Source: a virus
IMG/VR virus record: IMGVR_UViG_3300021400_000219
Span: 121,970-139,573 of that record
Length of the DNA: 17,604 bases
Strand: one strand, 5' to 3'
Shown: piece after piece, positions 7,440 through 14,529 of the stretch
Numbering within the stretch: the first letter of the stretch is position 1
Layout of the letters: each line of letters begins with the position of its first letter
Made by a program: the position numbers and the translations under genes
Notes under the pieces: model-generated
Seen by the model: only the letters and a program-made list of their open reading frames with translations
Databases searched by the model: none
What the model was told of the DNA's origin: nothing

Positions 7440-7805
7440 TTACTCCCCCTTCACCTGGAAGCGGCTGACCCGCTTCTCCACAACCTTCTCCACGGTTCCA
7501 GCTTCTACCAGCTGGCGCAGAAGGGCGGAAGCCTGCTGGCTGGAAGAGAGTTCCAGTTCGGCGGCTACTTCCTTCGCCTGCATAGGCTCGTGGTCAGTCA
7601 GCAGTTCAACGATGCGGGCCTTGATACCCTCGTTTTCAATCTGCTTCTTGGTGGGCTTGCGCTCGCCCTTGGACTTGGAAGCGTTCCGCTTCTCATAGCT
7701 GGCCTTGCAAGCAACCAGCTTTTCCATGGCTTCCTCGTTGAAGTCAGCGGGCAGGGAAGCAATAGCCATTTCCAGAGCCTTCACATAAGTCATCTTGTTA
7801 GTCAT
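7440..7805 (-). CDS. Family A winged-helix-like DNA-binding protein, paralog 3 (121 aa)
   Basis: Start set to the ATG at 7803-7805 (GGTAGTGCATACT context). The C-terminus (...VEKRVSRFQVKGE) parallels paralog 1. The stop is in the loop of the AAGGGGGA/TCCCCCTT hairpin. Two tandem promoters at 7880-7908 and 8019-8047. Confidence 0.75.
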   Translation of the reverse strand: MTNKMTYVKALEMAIASLPADFNEEAMEKLVACKASYEKRNASKSKGERKPTKKQIENEGIKARIVELLTDHEPMQAKEVAAELELSSSQQASALLRQLVEAGTVEKVVEKRVSRFQVKGE

Positions 7806-8117
7806 AGTATGCACTACCTTTCTCTGTTTTAACGAGTTCAGCTCTCAATCTGTTTTGTTCTTTCCCTTACTGTGGCTTTATTATACCACAGGTTCAGGGG
7901 TTTGTCAAGAGTTTTTTTGAATTTCTCTTGATTTTTTTGGAGCCATTTTTTAGGTGGGCTACTTCCAACACCCGACTGTTGGCGGTTTTTTAGGTGCGCT
8001 CCCTCACCCGACATCATTATATTACCACAGGTTGCTCCATTTGTCAAGGGTTTTTTCAAAAGTTTTTTCTGGAATTTCTACCAAGATTTTCCAGCGACCC
8101 GGGCGAGTTAGCGGGGG

Positions 8118-8495
8118 TTAACCCCGCTTGTACTCTTTAGTGCCCATAGAGTAAGGAATGTTGTACATCTCACAAGCTTCAATGGCGTACCCGATTGCCA
8201 GATTTGCCATTTCCTGGGCTTGCTCATACTTTCTGTTAGGGGTAATCTTGTAAAGAAAATGGTCATTCTGAACCTGTTCAAACAAGTAGGACATTTTCAG
8301 TCGTGCATGAGCTTCGACGGCAAGCCGCTCAGATTTGGTAGCTTTTGGCATTTTAATCCATGCTAAACACTGAAAATGTTCATTCTGTCTGATGCTGGAA
8401 AGACGCTGTGCTGGGGTGTCTTTGCCAGTTTCACCCAGCTTGAAAACACCATTCTTACGGCAGAAATAATTAAAACCAGTATAAAAGCAAGCCAT
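8118..8495 (-). CDS. Hypothetical protein (125 aa)
   Basis: ORF-track frame. Promoter TTGACA-17-TATACT at 8560-8588. The TAA stop is in the loop of the AGCGGGG/CCCCGCT hairpin next to CCCGGGCG. Confidence 0.65.
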   Translation of the reverse strand: MACFYTGFNYFCRKNGVFKLGETGKDTPAQRLSSIRQNEHFQCLAWIKMPKATKSERLAVEAHARLKMSYLFEQVQNDHFLYKITPNRKYEQAQEMANLAIGYAIEACEMYNIPYSMGTKEYKRG

Positions 8496-8649
8496 TATTC
8501 ATTCTCCATTCATTTTTTATTGATTGGGGTTTACCTTCGTTCCCCTCAACCTTGATTATAGTATAGCAGATAGGAATGGATTTGTCAATACCTTTTTTCA
8601 AATTTTTTAATGGAATTTTTTTCCAGTTGCCCGGGCGCAGGAGTTAGCA

Positions 8650-8955
8650 TTAGCTAACTCCATTTTCTTCCAGACAAAATTCAAAACTCAAATCTTTTAC
8701 CACTTTTTGGGAAATGTATTCACGCACAAGGAAAAGCTCTAAATCTCTAGCCTGCTCCTCTACATAGCTACGGCGCAAATCGCGCACAGTGGAAAGATTT
8801 ACCATCGGGTATTCCATAGGATAACCACGCGCAACCACAATTACATTGTAAAGATTTTCCACGGGGTTCACCCTCATTCTCTTTTTCTTCTGGAATTTAT
8901 TGGTTTTATTGCGTTCAACTTTCGTTCTAAATTCTTTCATTTTTGCCTTGCTCAT
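8650..8955 (-). CDS. Hypothetical protein with a basic N-terminus (101 aa)
   Basis: Start set to the ATG at 8953-8955, which overlaps the TGA of the upstream membrane-protein gene (ATGA). The TAA stop lies in the loop of the GTTAGC-atta-GCTAAC palindrome. Confidence 0.6.
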   Translation of the reverse strand: MSKAKMKEFRTKVERNKTNKFQKKKRMRVNPVENLYNVIVVARGYPMEYPMVNLSTVRDLRRSYVEEQARDLELFLVREYISQKVVKDLSFEFCLEENGVS

Positions 8956-9119
8956 GAGAACACACCCCCAAAATGAAGCACCCAAAATAAACAACAAACC
9001 CCACTCATTGCCATTTCAATATACAAAACAGGGCGGTAATTATCCTCGGCAGTATCCAGCTCTTTCCAGCTCCAAAGGAAAATCACCATTAGCACAATCG
9101 CAATAATCAAATCTTTCAT
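8952..9119 (-). CDS. Small membrane protein (55 aa, one N-terminal transmembrane helix)
   Basis: Internal ATG of track ORF 8952..9140, preceded by CAGGAGGT 7 nt upstream. Promoter TTGACA-17-TATACT at 9152-9180. Confidence 0.6.
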   Translation of the reverse strand: MKDLIIAIVLMVIFLWSWKELDTAEDNYRPVLYIEMAMSGVCCLFWVLHFGGVFS

Positions 9120-9261
9120 TTTAATTACCTCCTGGTTCATTTCTTGAGTATAGTATAACAGATGGGAGAGGATTTGTCAATACCTTTTTTAGAAAAATTT
9201 ACTGGAAATGTTTTCCAAGTGCCCGGGCGGCGCTTTAGCGCACTGAAGCGCTAAAGCATCC

Positions 9262-9615
9262 TCACTTTCTGGGGGCTGATAATACTACTTTGTATTTAGT
9301 ATTTTCAAACGTAAAAATAAACTCTCTTTCTACGTTGGTTATTTCTAACGCTTCCCCGCCATTTTCATTTATTGCGGTTGTGAGAATATCCATTATTGCG
9401 CGTTTTGCGTTGTTTGCTTTACGTTCCTTTTTGGGGAATTTATAAGCGGATACTTTGCGGTCAGCTTGACGCATTTTTTTTGCTACTTTCTGTTGTTCAG
9501 AATTTAACTCAAAAAGTTTTGCCCCGTGGTCTATTGCATCATCATCAGCTAATACTTGTTTAGCTTCTTCCTCTGTCAAATCTAATACCTGCATTAAATG
9601 TTCGATTCTCTCCAT
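9262..9615 (-). CDS. Family B protein, paralog 2 (117 aa). Co-transcribed with the family A gene upstream
   Basis: AAAGGGGGT sits 8 nt before the ATG. There is no promoter or terminator between it and 9645..10019. The TGA stop is followed by the GCTTTAGCGC/GCGCTAAAGC hairpin. Confidence 0.75.
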   Translation of the reverse strand: MERIEHLMQVLDLTEEEAKQVLADDDAIDHGAKLFELNSEQQKVAKKMRQADRKVSAYKFPKKERKANNAKRAIMDILTTAINENGGEALEITNVEREFIFTFENTKYKVVLSAPRK

Positions 9616-9644
9616 TTTTATTTACCCCCTTTTTGGGGAGGGGG

Positions 9645-10019
9645 TTAAACCCCCTCACCCATGGCCTTGAAATAAGTAATGCGCTTATCTACGTACTTAT
9701 CTACCATTCCGTTCAGGTAGAGCGTCCGCAGAAGTCCGCTCACCCTCTGGGAAGTCGCATCGTTCAGAGCGGGAACACCTGCGCAGATTTCAGAGATACG
9801 GAAACCTCTGTCCACATCTTCCCGCAGGAAATCCAGAATTTCCGCACGGACGGCGTCGTTCTCTGCCTGCTTTGCGCTAGGCTTGCGGGGAGCGGTGTTC
9901 TTCTTAATGGCCTGTTCCTTCATCTTCTCCAGCTTTTCCACAACATCCGTCATGTCAGCGGGAACGTAGGACAGAGCAACTTCCAGAGCCTTAACAGTAG
10001 TCATCTTATTGGTAGCCAT
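9645..10019 (-). CDS. Family A winged-helix-like DNA-binding protein, paralog 4 (124 aa)
   Basis: Start at the ATG at 10017-10019 (AGTGAGTGATACT context). It is almost identical to paralog 2 over the C-terminal 70 aa. The TAA stop is in the loop of the GGGGAGGGGG/CCCCCTCACCC hairpin. Tandem promoters at 10073-10101 and 10225-10253. Confidence 0.75.
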   Translation of the reverse strand: MATNKMTTVKALEVALSYVPADMTDVVEKLEKMKEQAIKKNTAPRKPSAKQAENDAVRAEILDFLREDVDRGFRISEICAGVPALNDATSQRVSGLLRTLYLNGMVDKYVDKRITYFKAMGEGV

Positions 10020-10072
10020 AGTATCACTCACTTTCTCTGTTTGTGGGGTTTATCAGCTCCCCTTGATGTATT

Positions 10073-10101
10073 AAGTATAGCACAGGTTGAAGGGTTTGTC
10101 A
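10073..10101 (-). promoter_or_regulatory. Proximal promoter TTGACA-17-TGcTATACT for family A gene 9645..10019. A distal promoter TTGACA-17-TATATT lies at 10225-10253
   Basis: Consensus hexamers. Tandem double promoters are seen before all four family A genes. Confidence 0.6.
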
Positions 10102-10629
10102 AGAGTTTTTTGCAGTTTTTCTGATTTTTTTTGTGAGAACCACGAATGGAAAAAACTCTCAAAAAATTATCGTTTGAAACTCTGTCCCTAGGGCTTTGGG
10201 GCCCCTTGCCCTTTGGACAAGTATAATATAACACATTGGGGCGCGTTTGTCAATACTGATTTGAAAATTTGGGGGCATTCTCTGTTTTGCACAATTTTGA
10301 TGCAAAAATTGCGTCATTTTTGTGCATTTTGACGGCGCGCCCGGGTGAACTACCAATTTCAGGAAAAGCTGGGGTCAAGAGAGAACAAGGAAATTCATTG
10401 AAAAATTTGGTAACGATTTCCAGCGCGCGACACCGGAACCCCTGGGCCGTGTGCGTGTGCGACGGGTGCACGCAGTATTTATTTATACAAGCGGAACTAA
10501 TAGAAAAATCAATTTAAAATATTTATACATATTTATTTATTATTAAGGGTACCGGCGCAATTCTCAAATCAAAAACCTTCCAGGTCTATTTACTTCTGGA
10601 AAATGAAATAAAAATAGGGGCTGATTTAT

Positions 10630-10731
10630 TTTCAAAAATGAGATGAAAAAACGAGAGTATTTCTTTCGTAGATTCAAAGGAAACAATTTCGTTTTTCAAT
10701 CCAAAAATCATAAGGAAACACTCTCGTTTTT
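10630..10731 (-). terminator. Large hairpin terminator (12-bp stem AAAAACGAGAGU/ACUCUCGUUUUU with a roughly 60-nt loop), followed by a second terminator at 10566-10601
   Basis: Perfect 12-bp inverted repeat at 10647-10658 and 10720-10731, followed on the minus strand by UCAUCUCAUUUUUG. The second hairpin, UUCCAG-N12-CUGGAA, is followed by GGUUUUUGAUUUG. Confidence 0.5.
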
Positions 10732-10735
10732 CAAT

Positions 10736-10888
10736 TCAGAAATCTTCAATTTTTTTATTTTTTTCTTTGGCTCGATTATACTCTGAACCTTTGCCCTTTT
10801 TATTAGCTATTCTTTTGGACCTTTTCCGCAGAGTATTTAAACCATCACCATCAGTCTTTTTAATTTCTTTAACGGTTTTTTCATCCAT
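10736..10888 (-). CDS. Small lysine-rich basic protein (50 aa, MDEKTVKEIKKTDGDGLNTLRKRSKRIANKKGKGSEYNRAKEKNKKIEDF)
   Basis: Hand translation; under the track threshold. GGGAGGT sits 9 nt before the ATG, which lies just after the TAA of HAD gene 1. Its TGA stop is immediately followed by a large terminator hairpin at 10647-10731 and a second terminator. Confidence 0.45.
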   Translation of the reverse strand: MDEKTVKEIKKTDGDGLNTLRKRSKRIANKKGKGSEYNRAKEKNKKIEDF

Positions 10889-10891
10889 TTA

Positions 10892-11341
10892 TTAAAGACC
10901 TCCCAGAACTTCAAGAATATTATTTACATCATAGGCATTTCCGCCTGCATTATTCCATTCAATTCTATTTCTTTCTTCATCATCAAACAGGATGCCGATT
11001 TCATTTACTACGGTACTTTTGGGGGTGCCATAGGAAACAATTTTCACATCATCAAAATGGACGCTTGCCAGATGTTTTTTTAACCACATCTTTTTTGCTT
11101 CTGTTACAACCTTGTTGTAATCGGGGTTATCTTCCTTAGAGAGCCAAGAGACAACACCAATTTTCCATCCAAGGGCCTGTAACTTGTTCAGCTTGTGGGC
11201 CAGCGCAGAAAGCCGAATCAGGGGTTTTGCGATTTCATAGGGAAGGGGATTTCTCTCAATTAGATAGGAGAGCCAATTTTCCACGCCATACAGATCGGCA
11301 ATAGTCCCATCCATGTCGAAATAAATAGCCTTGTTCATCAT
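10892..11341 (-). CDS. HAD-superfamily hydrolase, 5'(3')-nucleotidase-like, paralog 1 (149 aa)
   Basis: Motif I (IYFDMDGTIADL) and motif IV (GILFDDEE). Start set to the ATG at 11339-11341, downstream of promoter TTGACT-17-TATTAT at 11390-11418. The 30-aa N-terminal extension in the track is translated leader. Confidence 0.7.
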   Translation of the reverse strand: MMNKAIYFDMDGTIADLYGVENWLSYLIERNPLPYEIAKPLIRLSALAHKLNKLQALGWKIGVVSWLSKEDNPDYNKVVTEAKKMWLKKHLASVHFDDVKIVSYGTPKSTVVNEIGILFDDEERNRIEWNNAGGNAYDVNNILEVLGGL

Positions 11342-11485
11342 TCTGACCAACCCTTTCTTTAAAAGGTTTTTTATCTTTTCTGTATTATTATAATACCAAA
11401 TTTTTTTATAAAAGTCAATAGGGAATCGCAAATTTTAGAAGTTTGTGCAATTTGCACAAAAGCGCCCGGGCGAGTTACCCTGTGC

Positions 11486-11725
11486 TTACAAGGTAACTTT
11501 GCACTGTCTAAAATCATGCCACAGATGGGGCTGAGTCAGCGGAGACCGCAGGGAATAAGCTTGGTATTGCAAGAAAGATAAAATGCGGATTTCTGTTATT
11601 GTAGTTTCATCATCTAAATCAAACTTTTTATTTATTACAGAGCCGTGCAATCTGCCAGGGGTTTTTGCAAAAACTTTAGTAGTAAAACCAAACGGGTCCA
11701 TAATCTTAATCTCATAATAATTCAT
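11486..11725 (-). CDS. Hypothetical protein (79 aa). Second gene of an operon. Its 3' extent is uncertain
   Basis: ATG at 11723-11725, preceded by AAAGGAGAA 9 nt upstream. The C-terminal third reads through a hairpin-rich region, so the gene may be shorter than annotated. Confidence 0.45.
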   Translation of the reverse strand: MNYYEIKIMDPFGFTTKVFAKTPGRLHGSVINKKFDLDDETTITEIRILSFLQYQAYSLRSPLTQPHLWHDFRQCKVTL

Positions 11726-11765
11726 TTTTTTATTCTCCTTTCTTTTGGCGTATTCTTTCGGGGTT

Positions 11766-11927
11766 TTATCCCCGAAAGATAACATTTCCAGAGAGGTTAT
11801 TTACAAGCTTGACAGGCTCGTTTTTAACCATGGCCAGGGTTTCGGCCAGAATCTTAATGGCCCGCAGGTCATTCATAGAGGAAACGGGGGTCTTGCCCAC
11901 GTAGATGGTAAACAGAGTGATATTCAT
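11766..11927 (-). CDS. Small hypothetical protein (53 aa)
   Basis: Internal ATG, preceded by AAGGAGGT 7 nt upstream. Promoter TTGACA-17-TATAAT at 11960-11988. The TAA stop is in the loop of the 10-bp stem TCTTTCGGGG/CCCCGAAAGA. Confidence 0.55.
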   Translation of the reverse strand: MNITLFTIYVGKTPVSSMNDLRAIKILAETLAMVKNEPVKLVNNLSGNVIFRG

Positions 11928-12046
11928 TGAAGTTACCTCCTTATTCATTTCGTACCCTTATTATAAGCGATGTTTTGCGATTTGTCAAGGGGTTTATGCG
12001 ATTTTTCTTCTGGAATTTTTTGGTTATGGCGCCCGGGTGGCTGGCC

Positions 12047-12490
12047 TTACCCGATATGGGCGGCCAGCCAAGCCAGCATCTTTTTGCTTTCTTTAGCGCA
12101 CCGGATTTTCATCCCGCCGCCGTTCTTCTGGCTTTCCCGCTCGGTCTTGCAGAACTCGGTGCAGAAGGCGGTGAACTCGTCCCGGTTCATCATATAGACC
12201 TGATAATCGGCGGTAACGTAGGCCCAGAGGTTGCTGTGGGTGCGCTCCATATAGAGGGCCCAGATTTCATCATAAGTTTCCCGGCCTTCGCACAGGGTGG
12301 CGCTCATAAGGGTGAAGGCAGAAGCCTTGACGGAGATGAGCATTTCACCAAGCTCGATATCAGAGCCTTTGTCATATGCACCGCTATCATGGGTGGTGCG
12401 GTCGATGCCCATATAGTGGCACAGATCGTGCTCACGGGCAATGCCCTTATTAGTAGCGGGGGAAACGTGGTCAATCTTGAAGGTCTTCAT
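12047..12490 (-). CDS. Hypothetical protein (147 aa)
   Basis: Start at the ATG at 12488-12490, preceded by AGGAAAGGGAG. Promoter TTGACT-17-TATACT at 12522-12550. The TAA stop is in the loop of the GGCTGGCC/GGCCAGCC hairpin. The overlapping plus ORF 11927..12523 is rejected. Confidence 0.65.
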   Translation of the reverse strand: MKTFKIDHVSPATNKGIAREHDLCHYMGIDRTTHDSGAYDKGSDIELGEMLISVKASAFTLMSATLCEGRETYDEIWALYMERTHSNLWAYVTADYQVYMMNRDEFTAFCTEFCKTERESQKNGGGMKIRCAKESKKMLAWLAAHIG

Positions 12491-12726
12491 CTGAAGCACT
12501 CCCTTTCCTTAGGATGGTTATAGTATAGCACCATTCCCCGGGATAGTCAATACAAAATCGCAAATTTCCCCTTGTGCAAATTATACAAATGTTGGAGCGG
12601 ATTTTTGGGGGCTGTTGTGCAAGTTGCACAATTAGTGTAACCTGGGTCACATTAAAAGTAACAAAAGAGTTACAATCTCTAACAATCAATTACAATCTTT
12701 TTTTTACTTTCAAAACACTTTTTTTA

Positions 12727-12911
12727 AGTTAGCAGTTAGCAAAGGGTAATGCTAGTTAGCACAAGCTAATTGTTGTTAGTTCGAACTAACTCCGGTTAGC
12801 AGGGACTAACTGGAGTTAGCCTAGGCTAACTTTAGCACACTAAAGCTGTAGCGATTTAGCGAACTAAAGTGCGCCGGACCTGGCAATTTGAACAATTAGC
12901 GGCTGCTAACT
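12727..12911. repeat. Array of eight short palindromes of the GTTAGC-N4-6-GCTAAC or TTTAG-N4-CTAAA type
   Basis: Read directly from the sequence: AGTTAGCAGTTAGCA, TTAGCacaaGCTAA, GTTAGTTCGAACTAAC, GGTTAGcagggaCTAAC, AGTTAGCCTAGGCTAACT, CTTTAGcacaCTAAAG, TTTAGcgaaCTAAA, TTAGCggctGCTAA. The same palindrome type sits at nearly every gene junction. Confidence 0.7.
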
Positions 12912-13169
12912 TTGTGCATTTTGACGAGGTTTCGGGATTCGTCAAGTTGCACAAAAATGTAACCAAATTGTAACCAAAATTTGTGCAATTTGACGGTGGC
13001 GCGAACTCGGCTGCCAACGACTGCGCTGGGCCACAGTGCACTCGTTGGCGGCCGGTTCGTCATTTTGCACAAATGCGTGCGTGCGAGGGGCCTTAACTTT
13101 ATGCATTATGACGAAAAAAAATTTTTGTGCAAAATGACGAATCAAATCCTGATTCGTCAAAATGCACAA

Positions 13170-13463
13170 AAAAAGAGGCATTGCCCGGCCTCATCGGGGG
13201 GAAGCTTGACGCCCTTCCCTGGCGGTGGTGTCCACTTTCGGGGACACGCCCGGCTCCGTTTGCTAGCCGCAGGAGCGTCGCGGCGCTGGGGTCGTTCCCT
13301 TGCCCCTTGGGGAACTTGATGGCCTCCATTTCTATCCCGCGGCCTTGGGGGCGGCCTAGCTACTTTGTGGGGAGTATCGCCCACGTTTCGCCGACGCGGC
13401 TGGGATTTTGGTGTCATCGCGCATCCCGTGCGCTCAAGAGGGACAAGTCAACCTCTTTTCTAT
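13170..13463 (-). ncRNA. Candidate GC-rich structured non-coding RNA of about 290 nt
   Basis: Promoter TTGACA-17-TATAAT at 13470-13498 on the minus strand. Intrinsic terminator GAGGC-N8-GCCUC followed by U7, at 13167-13192 in plus coordinates. GC content is far above the window average. There is no SD site and no conserved ORF. It contains a GTGTCCCC-GAAA-GTGGACAC tetraloop hairpin and a GUGGGCGAUACUCCCCAC hairpin. Confidence 0.45.
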
Positions 13464-13540
13464 GGTCTTATTATAGCACCCGCAAGGGGTTTTGTCAAGG
13501 GTTTTTTCTTTTTTTTTTTTTGTTCCCGGAGGGCCGGGGC

Positions 13541-13699
13541 TTAGTAGCCCCAGCCGATGGAGGTTACCCTCCATCCCTCCTCCCGCAGTGCGGGATAAAG
13601 GGCGGCGAAACTCGCCAACCCGTGTTCCCACACACGGGACTCACAGGCCCACAGGCCAGTGAAGAGGTTCCGATGGAACCGGATGTATTCAATTTTCAT
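13541..13699 (-). CDS. Small hypothetical protein (52 aa, W-rich)
   Basis: Internal ATG of track ORF 13541..13816, preceded by AAAGGAGGT. Promoter TTGACA-17-TATAAT at 13720-13748 with the conserved leader GATTACAGTAAAACAAAGGAGG. The TAA stop is in the loop of the GGGGCT/AGCCCC hairpin. Confidence 0.55.
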   Translation of the reverse strand: MKIEYIRFHRNLFTGLWACESRVWEHGLASFAALYPALREEGWRVTSIGWGY

Positions 13700-13759
13700 G
13701 GAAGTGACCTCCTTTGTTTTACTGTAATCATTATAGCAGACCCGCCCGGGTTTGTCAAC

Positions 13760-13925
13760 CCTTTTTTTCATTTTTTTTATTTTTTTTTGGTTCCCCATAC
13801 CCCTCCGGGGAACCACTGGCCGGCTATTTTTTACCTCCCGCCCTAGGGGGTGGCCCTTGGTACTTTGTGGGGTATCTTGCCCACGTTTCCCAGAGGGAGG
13901 GCCCGGAGGGTTTCCCCTCCTGACA
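13760..13925 (-). ncRNA. Second GC-rich non-coding segment, a partial paralog of the 13170-13463 RNA
   Basis: It shares about 30 nt with the other RNA (GAAACGUGGGC.AGAUAC.CCCACAAAGUA). It lies downstream of a weaker promoter, TAGACT-17-TATTAT, at about 13930-13960. It ends in the hairpin GGUUCCCC...GGGGAACC, followed by an A-rich run rather than a U-run. Confidence 0.3.
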
Positions 13926-14007
13926 TGATTATAATACCACAGGCCCGGCTAAAAGTCTATTGACAAATCTCACAAATCGGGATGTTCTATTTTGTGCATT
14001 TTTACTC

Positions 14008-14037
14008 TTGACAGCCGAGCCTATTTTGTGGTATAAT
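14008..14037 (+). promoter_or_regulatory. Plus-strand promoter TTGACA-18-TGgTATAAT, transcribing into GC-rich element B
   Basis: Near-consensus hexamers. The conserved upstream sequence GCATTTTTACTCTTGACA is shared with the promoter at 16916. Confidence 0.55.
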
Positions 14038-14138
14038 ATTTCTGTACTGCCTGCGCGCGCGGTCGCCGGCCGTTAGCGGGGGCTAACTGTGCCTGGGTGT
14101 GCGCCTTTATTGCAATAAAGCACTAAAGTGCACAAGGG

Positions 14139-14171
14139 CAAAAAACTACGAGGATTTTTTAATCCTCGTAG
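14139..14171 (-). terminator. Intrinsic terminator overlapping the stop codon of 14159..14290
   Basis: CUACGAGGAU-UAA-AAAAUCCUCGUAG followed by UUUUUUG. The stop codon is in the loop. Confidence 0.65.
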
Positions 14172-14290
14172 TCAATGGCGATGACCTTCCAGCCCTTGGG
14201 CGGTTCGTAGTTTTCCGGCAGGCCCTTCCAGAGAATCAATTCAGTATCGGCCCACTCTCCATCAATCTTTCTGATTTCAATGCTCCACAT
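14159..14290 (-). CDS. Small hypothetical protein (43 aa)
   Basis: Internal ATG of track ORF 14159..14383. Promoter TTGACA-17-TATAAT at 14343-14371 and a leader of the AAUCAGAAAGAGGGAAGGAAAACC type. The TAA stop is in the loop of terminator ACGAGGAU/AUCCUCGU, followed by UUUUUUG. Confidence 0.5.
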   Translation of the reverse strand: MWSIEIRKIDGEWADTELILWKGLPENYEPPKGWKVIAIDYED

Positions 14291-14385
14291 AATCTTTTTT
14301 CCTTTCTGGTTTGTTAGGTTTTCCTTCCCTCTTTCTGATTGTATTATAGCAGACTCAACCGGGTTTGTCAACCCCTTTTTCAAAT

Positions 14386-14529
14386 TTATTTAATTCTTTT
14401 TACTTTGATAACCTTAGCCCCAGAGTATTCAGCTTTTCCCTCTTTCAGAAATTTGCGGTTAGGATTGACAAGGGTGATGGTAGATTCTTCGCCGCAAAGG
14501 CTGATGGTAATTTCATAAATCTTTTTCAT
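14386..14529 (-). CDS. Small hypothetical protein (47 aa)
   Basis: Hand translation. Promoter TTGACA-17-TATAAT at 14563-14591 has no other ORF downstream of it. GGAAAGGAAA sits before the ATG. Confidence 0.4.
   Translation of the reverse strand: MKKIYEITISLCGEESTITLVNPNRKFLKEGKAEYSGAKVIKVKRIK

Noticed and set aside
7838-8059. Minus-strand ORF of 73 aa, and similar ORFs at 10028..10234, 10159..10356, 10250..10471, 12471..12689, 14753..14944, 12856..13041 and 12942..13181
   Set aside because: These are translations of promoter, leader or palindrome DNA. They contain the tell-tale peptide WYNK or CYN.YSKTKE encoded by TGnTATAAT...AAAGGAGG. They have no SD site and they span terminators or operator arrays.
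1663-8660. GTTAGC...GCTAAC palindromes as integron attC sites (GTTRRRY / RYYYAAC cores)
   Set aside because: There is a superficial resemblance to attC core sites, but several things do not fit. The arms are only 6 bp with a 4-bp spacer. There are no extrahelical bases and no L boxes. The cassettes carry their own promoters. No integrase or attI is visible. I therefore treat them as operator or terminator palindromes. The comparison may be worth revisiting if a tyrosine recombinase is encoded nearby.
11927-12523. Plus-strand ORF of 198 aa, the longest in the track
   Set aside because: It lies antisense to the well-supported minus-strand gene 12047..12490, which has a promoter, an SD site and a stop-codon hairpin. 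It has no promoter or SD site, and its composition is Gly/Ala/Pro-biased in the way typical of antisense shadow ORFs. Other plus-strand ORFs (30..239, 1742..1972, 3870..4319, 4424..4837, 9633..10124, 13127..13846, 14885..15286 and others) are rejected for the same reason.
12727-12911. Palindrome array as a CRISPR array
   Set aside because: The repeats are 14-18 bp imperfect palindromes of varying sequence with irregular spacing, not direct repeats with unique spacers. No cas genes are present.
13500-13530. T13 run followed by a hairpin as a plus-strand terminator
   Set aside because: The T-run precedes the GC hairpin instead of following it. On the minus strand it is hairpin followed by an A-run. 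It is not a canonical intrinsic terminator on either strand. It is kept only as part of the T-tract observation.
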